DNA of 64,000 bases, from NCBI RefSeq assembly GCF_902459465.1, contig NC_047077.1, positions 8,494,001-8,558,000 of the forward strand, read 5' to 3'. Each line of letters opens with the position of its first letter. Within the stretch, counting starts at the first letter, position 1. Source of the stretch: Asterias rubens. Taxonomy: Eukaryota. Shown in pieces: positions 1 to 12,891 of the stretch. A program made the translations under genes and the position numbers. The notes beneath the pieces were generated by a model, which was given only the letters and a program-made list of their open reading frames with translations, was not told the origin of the DNA and did no database searches.

Positions 1-158
1 AACAAGGGTGTTTTTATTTCATGATGAATTTTATTGCAACTGCTATGACCAATTGAGCAAACACATTTTCACAGGTTAGTTATTTTATGCATATTTTGGG
101 ATACACAAAGTGAGAATACCGGTCTTTGACAATTACTTAGCGTGTCCAGTGCCGTTAA
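1..158. mobile_element. K1 Kolobok-type MITE, end of a copy cut by the window edge
   Basis: Ends ...GGTCTTTGACAATTAC..GTGTCCAGTGCCGTTAA, matching the K1 TIR and TTAA. Confidence 0.8.
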
Positions 159-554
159 ATAACATACACAATACTGAATGTAGAATTACAGTTTGTTAGC
201 ACTGCAGAGAATCATGATCATAATGCATATAATATAGGCCACCACCTGTTTAGCAGTCAGGGTATTGTACAAATCTATCCACCTGTCTACGACTAAGAGA
301 ACAAATCTTTAATTGGATTCACCTGTTATCTATTTGTTGCATCAATGAAGTTCATGGATAATGAATGATATACACCATAGAGCAAGTTTTAAATACATAT
401 CTGAGTTATTTTCATTCAATCATTACCTGTTTATTCAAGGAATGTGTGTTTTGTTTTTCACCGATTGTTGGATCAAAGGCCTATTTTTGTAATTGTTTAT
501 ATAATCTCAACGCTCTTAAACAAACGAGAAGAGAAAAGACAATTAAGAAACTTC

Positions 555-715
555 AGTTTTAGATGTGGGAGGAAAACCCCGAAGAAATATTTTAGGGAAA
601 ACTCCAACACAGGGACTGAAAATCCAATCTACATAGTGCCCCACAGTGGGATTTGAACTCGGGTCCCAGAGGTGGAAGGCGAGGCAAGACACCAGACTAT
701 ACTACATCAAACTGA
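555..715 (-). mobile_element. tRNA-derived SINE (family S4)
   Basis: The minus strand has the B-box GAGTTCAAATCCC. The body GGGGTTTTCCTCCCACATCTA recurs at ~13365-13400. Confidence 0.6.
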
Positions 716-810
716 CCGCCTGTGCTGATGTTCAATTGAAGCCATGTTCATAATATGTGAGTTTTTCTTGCCATGGAAAAAGGTTTTTAAAAGAACAGTA
801 CAGTAATATT

Positions 811-979
811 AGTGTGTTGAACCCTTACACCAATGTCTTTTAGCACTGTATACTCACAGGCAAAACAAAAATCACAGGCATATTACTCGGGTGGGATTCT
901 AACCCAAGACCTTTGCAATTCTAAGAGCAGTGTCTTTACCAACTAGACCAACGAGATTGCCCGGTAGCTAGAGGCAGTT
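811..979 (-). mobile_element. tRNA-derived SINE (family S1)
   Basis: The minus strand has A-box TGGTCTAGTTGGT (938-950) and B-box GGTTAGAATCCC (893-904). Homologous copies lie at 3412, 3577, 25860 and 35300. Confidence 0.8.
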
Positions 980-1964
980 ACAGCAACGATTTAATAAAAT
1001 AAAGGATTCAAACTGCCTCTTGCTACTGGGCAATCTTGGTTACCATCACATTATGGAACAACTTACATGTTCATATTCCCCTAGCTGACTCTGTTACGAT
1101 TTTCAATGGACCTTTAAAGCCTAGCTTGTTTTAATCTACATTTTGGTAAAACGAATTGCTTCATATATTTCATTGTTTTATATGATTTGTGTGTTACGCA
1201 TAGAGGCTCCTGCATAATGCATATCAGTAGGCTCTCATTATGAAGCGAACTATTAGGAAGAGGTTCTTGTTATTATTTCAAGTCCCGAATCTCATTTCTG
1301 CATTTTTTTTCTTGTTTTGCTGTCCTCTTATTACAACGTTCCTGTTGATAAGAAGTAGTTTGGCCAAATGATCTTGTCATAACAAGAGTCCACTGTAAAT
1401 GTTTTAAATTTTCATTTTGATTGCCAGAAAAATATACAAGAATAGTAATTATTTACTCTGCCATTCATATGGTATTTTGCCTACTCTTATGTCCACCATC
1501 AGTCCGACTGATCTCTGGTCATCCAATCTGTCCATCAGACCTTTATATCTCCTCCTGCGTCAGCTTGATCTTTATTCCTCATCCCATCAATCAACACAAG
1601 ACACCACGCCATGGTCATCCACCGGTCATTATCGCCATTCCATCCCCAGTCTAGATTGTAAAATTGAGGGAACGTGATATTTATTTATACCGAAGTTAAG
1701 GCGTCAAATCTTATCCTTCGCGAAGCCCAAATCTCAAAATGAGATCGTAAGCTGTAAAAGCTAACTCCTTTCCATCTTTGGGGAACGCATCTTCTTCGCC
1801 TTGTATGATAACAAACAGCTGTATCACTATACAGCAGCCTGCTAAATTGTGCTATCACAACAACGTTCCAAGGTAGTTTACATGTGAGGCTAGACATATA
1901 CTTCTCAAGGGAAGATGAAGCAATGTATTTCATGAGACCTGGCCGGATGGCCTAGTTGTCTGTA

Positions 1965-2520
1965 CGATGATCAAGTACACAGGTATCAGAATCGCTGTCT
2001 GTACGATGATCAAGTACACAGGTATCAAAATCGCCTGCTTTTTTAATCAGGTGTGAAAGCAAACAGCTTCTTTTGTTTTTACAATTGAGTGTTAAATTTA
2101 AGATTACAACACTTGGATATTTTTTGTATGAACCTGGTATTTGTTAACCACAGTTTTGATCGAAAATTACAAGTATGTAAATGATTTGCTTGTGTTTGTG
2201 TTCACATTTTTAAAGACAAAGGATACCTTTAGCTTTTGTTTGGAACCATGCAATTGTTCAAGCGTGTTTCAATCCTGGCCTAATTCTCTTTACGATGCTC
2301 AGGTATATATACACGGTATCAAATTGCCTGCTTTGATAATGAGATGCAAACACGAAAAACTTTTGTTTTTATGATTAAGTGTTAAAACTTAAGATCACAA
2401 GACTAGGAAATTTGTTGTCTACGTACCTGTTAATTTTTTTTTAACCAGAGTTTTTATCAAAAATTACAGGAATGGAAAACATTTCCTAGTGTTTGTTATC
2501 AAAATGTTTGAAGGCAAAGT
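1965..2520. repeat. Local diverged tandem duplication (~295-bp unit) with a nested ~37-bp doublet
   Basis: CTGTACGATGATCAAGTACACAGGTATCA occurs twice at 1969-2030 and again, diverged, at ~2290. The downstream ~200 bp align between 2030-2225 and 2325-2520. Confidence 0.65.
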
Positions 2521-3411
2521 ATTTTCTGAAAAATATACAGAGTATATCATCATCTGGAAGCCAAGGCTTATGTAGGGATGCCTGGGGACAGACAATGGGC
2601 CAAATTCACAAAAACTAGCAATTGCTTATAAGCACAATGTTTCATGCTGCCATAAATCATAGAATAATTACAAATGCTATATAATCAAATTGACAGTACT
2701 TATTTTGTTTTCAATATTTTACTCAATTTTATACAAAAGTGAACATTGAACAGTTGGAAAACTAAAATCAAGTAATTTGTGAGCATCGAATTCGAAACCT
2801 ACATGTATACCAATGCAGATAGCATGCATTAGGCCCTATATGTATGTATGTAAAATATACCACCCATAGATCATTTATGCATGTGTTTGTGCTTAGAGAT
2901 TTACCTGCTGCAAAGGCTTTGGGTCCGGCCACCCTTTTGTTCCTTGAAATGCAAAGCATATTAAGAAATATTACAATAAATAATTGAATATTATTGGATT
3001 TTTTTAGCAAGTAGGCTTGCTCAAGTCCCACTGTTATCATGTGTGGTCAGTTAAAATTGTATTTTTTTCTTTTAGTGACTTGTTTTTTGTTTGGCTGTAC
3101 ACTAAGATCATGAACAAGTTTGATGGATGGTTGTAATAATAAATGTAATATCATCTCCATTGTAACATTCGCAACAAAATAAAAAGATCCAATTGTCATT
3201 TTGTTTTCAAAAAATATTGAATGGTATCATTCAGTCACAACTACAATTCAATTCTATTTAATTCAAAAAACATTTATTGCAATGAATAAAGTTTTTATCC
3301 AAATTGGCAGCTACGACTGCGGCTATCTCTGAGGGTGTTGCTAGGGACATTCTGTACTTCAACACATGGTGACGTGGTGAGCCAGACATAGCCATAGCCA
3401 CCAATTTGAAT

Positions 3412-3520
3412 GCGTTCGAATCCCACCCAAGTAAAATGCCTGTGATTTTTGTTCACAGAGCTCGGGAAAGTACTGAGTGCTGACACACATCGGTGTATAT
3501 GGGTAAAACCAAAATTAATA
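3412..3520 (+). mobile_element. S1 SINE, B-box and body
   Basis: GTTCGAATCCCACCCAAGTAAAATGCCTGTGATTTTTG matches S1. Confidence 0.75.
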
Positions 3521-3576
3521 TTCTTTATCCTCGATGCAAAAATGTCCATCGTTGCGGTACACACTGCCAAAACATA

Positions 3577-3690
3577 GGATTCAAACTGCCTCTAGCTACC
3601 AGGCAATCTCGGTGGTCTAGTTGGTAAGACACTGCTCTAGAATTTGAATCCCACTTGAGTAATATGCCTGTGATTTTTACTGAGTATAGG
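3577..3690 (+). mobile_element. S1 SINE head, internally deleted
   Basis: GGATTCAAACTGCCTCTAGCTACCAGGCAATCTCGGTGGTCTAGTTGGTAAGAC..GAATCCCAC. Confidence 0.75.
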
Positions 3691-3705
3691 GCCTACAGTG
3701 CTACA

Positions 3706-4066
3706 ATCGAGTTGGTCTTTTAAAAGCACTTGTAACCGTTTGTTACAAAATGCATATGGTTGGAAAGATGTTTTAAAAGTACAATACAATGATCCACACA
3801 AATTTGCCTGAAATTGCGTGGTTTTCCTTTTGCTTTGCGAACTAACTTGGTCAGCCATTTATGGTAATCAAAAATTTGACTCCCATAAATGGTCGACCGT
3901 GTTAGTTGACGAGGTAAAAGGAAAATAACTCAATTCCGAGGTATGTTTGTGTGGATCATTGTATTCTACTTGAAAAAAATCTTTCCAACCATATGCATTT
4001 CATACCAAGATTACAAAGGCTTTTCAAAGACCAACTCGAACCCGTCCAAGGCAACGTGTTCCTTTA
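3706..4066. mobile_element. K2 palindromic Kolobok-type MITE, left end truncated
   Basis: Homologous to 37632-38014 and 54742-55131; ends CCAAGGCAACGTGTTCCTTT. Confidence 0.8.
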
Positions 4067-4312
4067 TATCATCTACATCCTAAGACAATTATGACCAATC
4101 CAATGAAACAAAAAACTACAAGAATGTATGTTAGTGAACACACAATTAATATTAACATAGCAGGTTCTCTGCATGCGTTTCATTGCCAACATTTGGCCCT
4201 GTGTGGGATGAATTCCAAGCACAGAGGAAGAGCCTGAAAGAAAGTTATAATTTGTTAAAGATGAGAAAAGAAAGAAAGTTATAGTTTGTTTGCTCACAGT
4301 GCTATAAGGTCA

Positions 4313-4450
4313 TTAAAGGCATTGGACACTGTTGGTAGTTACTCAAATAATTGTTAGCACAGCAATTTACTTGGTTAACGAGCAATAGAGAGCTGTTGAT
4401 AGTATAAAACATTGTGAGAAACAGCTCCCTCTAAAGTAATGTAGATTAAT
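4313..4450. mobile_element. K1 MITE, truncated
   Basis: TTAAAGGCATTGGACACTGTTGGTAGTTACTC, then K1 body; broken by the S3 SINE. Confidence 0.75.
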
Positions 4451-4477
4451 TTTTTTATGAATTCCAGTTTATTAGTA

Positions 4478-4790
4478 GTGGTGTGTCTTGGCCTAGCGGT
4501 TAAGAGCATCGGATTCAATCTCTGGTGTTCGAGCAGCAGAGTGTGGGTTTGAATCCCGATCAGGACACTTGCCACATTAAGTTGGGGAGGTAGTGCTTTC
4601 TACCAGCCAGGCTTCTGATGCTATCCAAGCATACATCCGTATGGACTGTAAAGGGGGTAACCCTGTTTCAGCCCCAGGAGTAGGTGGCAACGGCCCCTGG
4701 AAGAACAAAAATTATAGCCCACACCTTGAAGTGGCCTTCAAGCTTTGTGTGTCTGGCAAATCGCTTTATAAAAAAGGGAAACAAAGTAAG
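4478..4790 (+). mobile_element. tRNA-derived SINE (family S3)
   Basis: A-box TGGCCTAGCGGTTAAG and B-box GGTTTGAATCCC. The body (GACTGTAAAGGGG..AGTAGGTGGCAA) is shared with 25330-25545 (-). Confidence 0.75.
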
Positions 4791-7700
4791 TTGTAATGTT
4801 TATTTTTGCTCACAAATGCTTTGGAAAAAAACTTTTGATCAATATACTCTGAAGTCCGTTTATCAGGAGCTCCAAATTGCACAAAACCCGTTTTATGAAA
4901 TCCATACAAATTGCACTAATGACCTTAGAGGAATAATGACTAAGGCATTATAGCTTATAATTGTGAATTTAGCATTAGTCATAACTGAAGAATATCTCAT
5001 TATCAATTAGCATAATTCATTATTATGACTTCAGTCATTTAATTTGATTGATAACACATCCTACTGCACAATAACAGGATTGAATAGGAAACAAGAAGAA
5101 AAGTTCAGTTGAAAATTGTTTTCCAGTGTGCGTCTTACGATAAAAAACACAAGAATAGTTAGTAACATAGAAAGGAAGACCTATAAAAAGTTAAACGGGA
5201 CAAAATAAAAAGTGACAGAAATGTTTACAACCATCCTAAATAATACTAGGGAGATGACCACAAAATTAAAAACCACCAAAGTAAATTAACAATGAACAAA
5301 TACAAAACAAAATTTTTACTCCAGCCATGTCGCAAATTATGTGGCAATAAGTTCAGCCCATTTTGCCCATACTGTAGCAAACCACCGCGCTGTTCTATTA
5401 ATAGACAACGTAAAATTGACAAAGCAAATGAAAATTGAAATTGTGATGAGCCAGGAAATGAATAGAGCTTGATTTTTAATTGGGTTTTGATCTTTCATAC
5501 ATTGATTTATGCATATTGCATGCTTTTATTATAATCTTCATGACCTTCAACCATACGATGTAGTCATCTTGATCATGATCCCTATATTCATTTATGTAGC
5601 AAGAACCATGAAAACTGGTTCTCATTGGAGGGGCCAGACCATTTCTGTTCACAGCTTTGATTGATTGGAGAAAGAAGATTAAAAATACATGTATTATATC
5701 TTTGATGTTTTCACAACATTTATTGCATTGTAGATAATGCGATATTCATTTATTTCTGTTAAAAAGCAGATGTTAGATTTGCAAGTTCACTCATTAAATG
5801 CCTCTCCATTTTGTTTGATGAAGGTTTGATTGTTTTAATCATATATAAGTGTATATATATATACAATAAAACTAACCTGTATTTCAAAAGGTTGTTTCAA
5901 TTTTGGGATATCTCTGACAATCTGGAGGTTGGTTAGAAGAAGAAGAATATTTTATGGTATTAGAGAAAGACAATCTGAGAAAGCTATGACAGTAAGGTTT
6001 GTTATAAAAACTGTAATCTTTTTCAATAGCCACATTATACTTCAAGTGAAATGATTCTCAAAATGCTATATACTATTGAAATCTGTTGTACTTGCCAGCC
6101 AAGTAAGTTTTTATTGCCAGTAAATTTAAGAGTGATTTCTAATCCATACCTTCCCTGTTATTGGTTTCTTTACTCAAATTTAATGCAGTTTTCTTGGCCC
6201 AAGTGCCTTTGATTACTCAGTCATAAACACGACCAGATGAAAAAGATGTTGAGAATGTCGTTCGTTCGTTCATCCCATGAAAATAAAGTCCCCCACCTCG
6301 TTTCTACTTAATATTAAAATACACCAAGGAATCAAAAGAAGTGTGAAAACATGAATTTGACATTTGAAAAGTAAGAGACTACTGCGATCGTCGACATATT
6401 TCCTTCTTGTGTCTATCTTCCAGGAGGGCAGACATGCAGGACTATCTGAAGTTAATTAACCCTTCTTCACACTTATAGTGCCTGTGTATAGAAACCCTAT
6501 TGATTGAAATTTAACCAGCGTCGCATATCACCCACATCTCTTCCTTATAGTTATATTTTCATGAGATTTGTATGGTGACACTCAGGCGCTGGCAGCCCCG
6601 GTCAGTCGTTGCAATTTCGGAAACAGTGTCTGGAGTGTTTTGGATTTCAAATCTTTTGCGACACCAGAGAAGGGATATAATTTGCAGAAGATGCAGCTTG
6701 GATTGAGTGGACAAAATTTCATTTTTATTGAAATATTGGTGTGTGTGGGTGTGTGCACTGTCACTTTAATCAGAGCTGTAGACTAATTCCAAAACGAAGC
6801 TTAATTGGCTAAACTTTAAATCTTGTCGACATATGAGAAGGAGATGTTTTGTAAGAAAATACATTTCAAAATTTTTGTGAATTTTAATGAGGGATCCCCA
6901 AAGTCAAGTTCCGCTTTGTGATGCACACATTTTCCAATAGATAAAGTCCACATGAAGGTGGAGAGAAACGAAAATAGTTTGAACTCACGTTAACATTTGA
7001 ATCATGATGTCATTGGACAGCAAAAAAACAAGTGGGTCCGTACGTTCGAAAAGAAAATTTTTCGCCTCAGGATAACTATAATATCACATTTAACGCTTTT
7101 TCATTGAACACCATCCAAATTCAGAAATGAAGTGACAAATTATGGTACATGTAAATATTAACATAAAGTGTGTTTGGGTCTAGTGGGTCGCCTTTGCTTT
7201 CACCATATTCCTGGTCTTAAATGTTTTTAAGGTTTTTTTTGCATTAAAAAGGTCTGAAAAGTATAAGCAATGACTTTAACTTTAAAAAGTGTGCAGATCA
7301 CTTTTTTTTGTTGACTTTCCAAACCACATCATTTGTCTGCTCCTGAATTTCACCATGGCAACTGTTCCGCCTGACTGCTTCTACACTAATCCTATTGTAT
7401 GTATTTGTTGTGTTGTCATTGAGCCATTGAGAGAGACTCTGCTAGGGTTTGACGCACAAGGTCAGCGCCACTATTTGCGATTAAATTTATTTGTAACATG
7501 AATGGGTGGTCTGTTTTGCGAAGCCTATGTTAGAAAACAAAACTTAATTTCTAGTTATAGCCAATTTCATCAGGATTGTAGATGTTACTTACACTCGTAT
7601 ATGTAAGTAACATACATTATTTTTTTGATTTGTAGAATCGAACCTCTTATTCATGAATTTCTTGTTGTTTTTGTTTGTGCGGGCTTGAGAGGATTTACAT

Positions 7701-8046
7701 CTACAGAAATGTTTGTTTCTTTTACGTAATACATGTAGTCTGGGTTAACTCTTTCCATTTGTTGAAGCTAATTTGTAATTTTTATGTGATTGTATGTTTC
7801 TTCTAGACAGAGAAATCAACTAAATATAATATAGGCCCCTATACATAAATGCGTGCATGTAGGGCTTGACAGTTTGCATGGTGGAAGTATTTAACTATGA
7901 GAGGTTTGCGGTAACACCCTAGTGCTGCGATGCAGTGAGATTGAGTTGGAAATTTGTAAAAGAAAATGGTGAAAGAAAAATGCTTCTTGTGAGCCGTCAC
8001 TCCTCCTGAGAAACACCAGAGTTTGACTGACCATGGAGGTCTAATT

Positions 8047-8427
8047 TTAAAAGCAATGGACACTATTGGTAATTACTCAAAACAACTGTTAGCATAACTT
8101 ACTGGGTAACAAGCAATGGGGAGCTGTTGATAATATAAAACATTGTGAGAAACGGCTCCCTCTGAAGTAATAGTTGTTTTTAGAAAGAGGTCATTTGTTA
8201 CTCAAATATTAAAATTTCAGGCCTGCCACTGAAGCCTTTTATTCGGCATCCAAATACAGACACATTTTGTGCAGCAAGGGTGTTTTTCTTTCATAAAATC
8301 TCTTGCAACTTTGATTACCAATTGAATCAAAATTTTTACAGATTTTGTGTTCAATATGCATATGTTGGGATACATCAAGTGAGAATACTGGTCTTTGACA
8401 ATTACCAAAGGTGTCCAGTGCCTTTAA
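8047..8427. mobile_element. K1 MITE, full length, older subfamily
   Basis: TTAA-AAGCAATGGACACTATTGGTAATT ... AATTACCAAAGGTGTCCAGTGCCT-TTAA. Confidence 0.88.
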
Positions 8428-8893
8428 CTGGAAGATTCTGTTCCCTAAATTCAATTCTGAAACATCTCATGAACAAGTCGTTATCTAGGTAGGAGTACAT
8501 CCAGCGACTTTAATATCAACATCCAGACGCTTATGACCGACAAGTTTATATATTTCAGCCCTGAGCTGGTTGGCCTATCTGTTTACTTAATCACATTATG
8601 AAATTTCCTCTTCCCTAATGCGCATCGATTCCCTTGGAAGCCTTGTGCAGAAAAATAGGATGCTGGGACGCTGGAACTCTTGGTTAAATGTCAGCAAAGG
8701 ATAAAACGCAGTCGCTGTTTTATTCCTTCAATGTTGGCACAGTCTGGCATACACACTTGTTTACCGTTGTGTTTTCCCGGCCATTACTGTGATGCAAACA
8801 CGCCCAATGCTTATACTTGTTTGTGTACAAGAATCTAATCTAAGTTTGGGTGGTTCTCCCACACCTAAACTGTGTTCCTCCCACATCTAAAAG

Positions 8894-9135
8894 CCCTTTG
8901 ACATGACAGCAATTTAAAAAAGGTACATGGCTTAATTTTAGCATGGTTGCGAAGTTTAAACCAAAAGGATGTTTATGCTGTCCATACAGGATGGCAAGTT
9001 TGACAAAATTTCACACTGGACACTGGACAGTTAAAACATTGTTGTCCTTGCACACGAACAGCAACTTGTACAATTGCATAACCATGCTCAAATTAAGCAA
9101 GGGACCCCTGCTAAATTGCTGTCATGTGAAAAGGG
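8894..9135. mobile_element. MITE with ~23-bp TIR, superfamily unassigned
   Basis: CCCTTTGACATGACAGCAATTTA ... TAAATTGCTGTCATGTGAAAAGGG; partial second copy at ~14250-14347. Confidence 0.7.
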
Positions 9136-9752
9136 TCAGTCTTCTCCAGCATACGCACCAGGTTTAACAGCTCCTAGGGGGCGCTGTTATCAGAGCTCTC
9201 GACATTACTTAGAGGCAAACACGCCCAGTGTTTCAAATTTTTGGGTACCATGAATCTAATGTAAGTTGGGATGTTCCTCCCAGTTTATGCACCAGGTTTA
9301 TCAGCTCATTATCAGCTGTTTACCTATGTGTTTTCCGCCATTACTTAGACATAAACACGCCCAACGTTTATATTTTTGGGGTAGAATCTAATCTAATCTT
9401 TTTGTTTATTGTGCACCACATGCAATTATCTGAGCACTTACCAACCCTGTCCATTAAATGCAATACTAGTCAAAAGATACAAATGATAAAACCATGATAA
9501 AACATATCACATACATCTCTGACCATTGATTTTGATGCAAGAATGATTCTGACTGGACTAGAAGCTTGCACCTACACAAGCTTAAAAGCATCTAGACAAT
9601 GCCAACAAATAAATAACTAAATGTAAAACAGGACATGTGAAATTGAATTAACCGTTTAGTGAGGGAGTTTGAAAACCAAATTTACTTGATTCAAAACAAA
9701 CTTTCATTATTGTTTTTTATTTGGCTGGGTAGAAGAAAACAACATATAAGAG

Positions 9753-10112
9753 TAAGCTTGGGCGATATCACGATATTATCGAATATCGCGATATTAATTT
9801 GGAAACGATTTCGATATCGGATGGATTTGGTTTTAATCGAAATATCGATGTATCGCGATATATCGCGATATCGATTAAATATCGCGATGTATTTGCTAGC
9901 TTATACATCTTGCACCCCATGGGTTTGGAGTAAAACCAGAAGAATAGGTCATTAGAACACCTCTCTTATGCTATGACTGTCTTTTCTACAACTTTCTTTT
10001 GGAGTTTGAAGACTGATGATGTCAAATTTAATTAATCGCGATTATATCGAATATCACGATATATTGTCGGCGATATATCGTGAATAAAATAAATCGATAT
10101 CGCCCAAGCTTA
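9753..10112. mobile_element. hAT-type MITE with CGATAT subterminal repeats
   Basis: TIR TAAGCTTGGGCGATATC / GATATCGCCCAAGCTTA. The 8-bp flanks are TATAAGAG / TATAATCG (6/8), and ATCG/CGAT motifs are dense. Confidence 0.8.
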
Positions 10113-10448
10113 TATAATCGGCAGTAGGTCTATATAAAAAAGGACAGGGAACTTGTGATTCTTAAACTTCTTCTGGTACACCTATCTTTCTTGTAGACCT
10201 ATCCCTCAAGGCAAAGGGCACAAGACCTCTATAGCCAGACTATCCAGGGTATATAAAGATCTGGATCTCTCTGAATAGTGCATTGGTCAACATAACTATT
10301 ATTAAGATATTGATGGATAAGGTGTGAACTTACAAGAGTGCATCTCTAAACATCCATCTTGAGGAAAACAAACTTAAAGGGAGTGGGTCAAACTGAATGC
10401 TACTCTAACAAACTTAAAAGGAGTGGGCCAAACTGAATGCTACTCAAC

Positions 10449-10637
10449 AGCTGTGTTCCCATTTGACTGCGTCTTTTCTGTAAAATGACAAAGTTAAATT
10501 CAATGGGGACCATGTCAATTTACCCTGACTGTAATGTTAAAAGCAATGTAGCGTCGTGGAATATAAGTCAAGGTGGGAGTGCTCGGTAAAATTATTCCAA
10601 AGCCAGTCAAGGTAAAAAGTTGAATGGGAACACAGCT
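10449..10637. mobile_element. PIF/Harbinger-like MITE
   Basis: 15-bp TIR AGCTGTGTTCCCATT / AATGGGAACACAGCT; TSD not clean. Confidence 0.6.
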
Positions 10638-11572
10638 TAACATGACTCAGTTTCCGTAGGAATGTGTTTAAGGTACCCTCACAAACTACATCTCTTTGCA
10701 AAAATTACTTCTGGGCTGGTGCTTTGACCCTAGCAGAGTCTTTCTCTAAATTTTAGCCTTTGAGAAGAATATATTCAGTATTGCTACATGCGGGCCATAT
10801 TTCAACTGAAATAGGGGGGAACAAATTCAACACTAAACTATTCTCCAGTCGGACCATCTGGAGTGGGTTTTCACTGAAAATAATCCTGCATGGGTTTCGG
10901 TCAATTTTGAAAGTCAAAGCAAACTTGTTCAAATTCATGTATTGTCAAACACATTGTGTGTGCCACAGTCGAGTGTTGAATATAATCAAATACAGCCTAT
11001 AACCTCCATTTTATTCATGGCGATTTTCAGCAGCGCTGAATAGTCCGGAAACTGTAATTGAATACAACTGAATGGGAACACCCCCAAACAACTGAAAGCC
11101 CTCCAGGCCAGGCACATCGAACAGACTCAATTTGATCCATTTACGGCATAATAACGTGGGGCCCAGGAATCTGAAATATCTATCTCCTGCGTAATGTTGC
11201 GTAAACAGCTCCCCTTCTTACCCCAACTGCTTTGCAACCCGATCCGACTAGTTTAATTGAATTTTTTCGCGACGAGCAAAACCTTTGCCACTGCACACAA
11301 AATAGAATCTCCTTCATGACATTCAGCCCAGTGTCTTCATTGTTCCAGTTACGTGGCAAAGTCGAACACCACTTACGAAAATGTTTTTGTAGCGTCGCAA
11401 TACGATTCTCTCCCTTTGAGTCTGGGGGCTTGACCGATATTTTCTGGCAATCATGAATTGCCTTGGCAACCGTTGGAATTGTTCTCTCTCTTCGAAGTTT
11501 CAAAATTGTCGAGAACACCTTTGGTGGAATTAGACTAGAACAGGATTAGATTCATTGGGTTTAACTTCCTTT

Positions 11573-11870
11573 AAGGCAAAGTATACCTTTGGTTTTTGGA
11601 ACCGTTCCATTGTTTTAATCCTATATGGAAAGGTTTGCGGTAACACCATGTAATGACTATCTCGAAATGAGTTGGAGTAGTTCTGAAAAGAACTGTTGGT
11701 TTCAACTCGACGTGTCGATCAGTATGTGAGTGCTCTGATTGTTTTCTGTTTTAATCCTGTAGTGTAGACTATACAATTAAACTAACCTAAAGTATGTCAT
11801 TTCAAAAGGTGAGAGTGTTTTTGAGATACCACCAAAAATCTGGAGCAGATATGTCAAGTCAAAAAGAAAA
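11573..11870. mobile_element. K3 Kolobok-type MITE, partial, interrupted by a Penelope-type insertion
   Basis: TTAAGGCAAAGTATACCTTTGGTTTTTGGAAC matches the reverse complement of the 50075-50529 end. Homology resumes after 11758. Confidence 0.7.
11623..11746 (-). mobile_element. Short Penelope-like (pLTR/hammerhead) insertion, copy A
   Basis: Perfect 12-bp TSD TGTTTTAATCCT (11611-11622 / 11747-11758); homologous to the 26498 and 49342 copies. Confidence 0.75.
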
Positions 11871-12659
11871 TCTGCCTCGATGTAGTCTCATTGGTCGCCA
11901 TGCCAACGGTATTAATGTACTACGTACGCACATTATCTATGGTACAACTGGCATAAATTAAAACATACAACTGATGGATTGTACAAGTTGTTTAAAAAGA
12001 CCATGATTTCCCTTGTATAGCAGAGCATAATGCTACACAAATTTAATTGGTTGCTACTCAAAAATCCTGATTTACTACTAAGTGTACACAAAATAAGTTC
12101 AGTCTAAATTGTTTACTACTTAAAATTGCTTGACGATATCGTTCCCTGCATAGCTGTGTGAGTGCAGTATAGTCTCGCATGGAGCAGCAGTCTCAAAGAG
12201 GGATAGTTGGGATAGACATTTAACGGCTTGTCCACAAGTCTAACCCTTAGATGACTGAGTTTTTAAGACCTTGTCCAGACCATTCCACACCCACTTCTCA
12301 GAAATCTTAAAAATGAGTGACCCAGTTTAGTAATTACAAGAGAAGGTTTACTATAATTTCAATGTTAAGCTACTATCAGAAAAGGTACACAGTTTAACGA
12401 TGGCAAGATGACAAACATTAGAAGTCAACGAGTTTGACAGCTACTTTGCCAACAATGTTTTGCGTATTACCTCCAAATGAGTTCCAAATTAATTCCAATC
12501 TACAGTCATATGTTGGAAATAAATTCTAATGTCTTCAACAAGAACTGACTGAAACTACAGTAACTACAGTCTTGCTGTAAACACTTTGTTATTTGACAAA
12601 ATTATGAATTGAGAAAATAGAAATAGCTTAGAAAGACCCTTGTCTTATTGGCTACACAT

Positions 12660-12830
12660 CCCTGTACTATGATCTGACACCCTATGTCTCCACACCCCTA
12701 GTGTATTATCATAATCTTAACCCTTAAATCCTGACCCTAACCCAAACACTGAACCTAGCTGACCCTAACCCTAATCCTGACCCTAACCCTAACACTGAAC
12801 CTTACCCTTCTCTGTAAATCATCAGGGTTT
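12660..12830 (+). mobile_element. Helitron-like non-autonomous repeat with degenerate CCCTAA tract
   Basis: CTGACACCCTATG..CCCCTAGTGTA + (CCCTAA)-like tract + GTAAATCATCAGGG; the same architecture occurs at 16730, 22290 and 30490. Confidence 0.5.
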
Positions 12831-12891
12831 TTTTTAAGAGAAGGGTGGCCGGCAGAATATGGAGCAGTCACTGACTTATTCACCCCATCAG

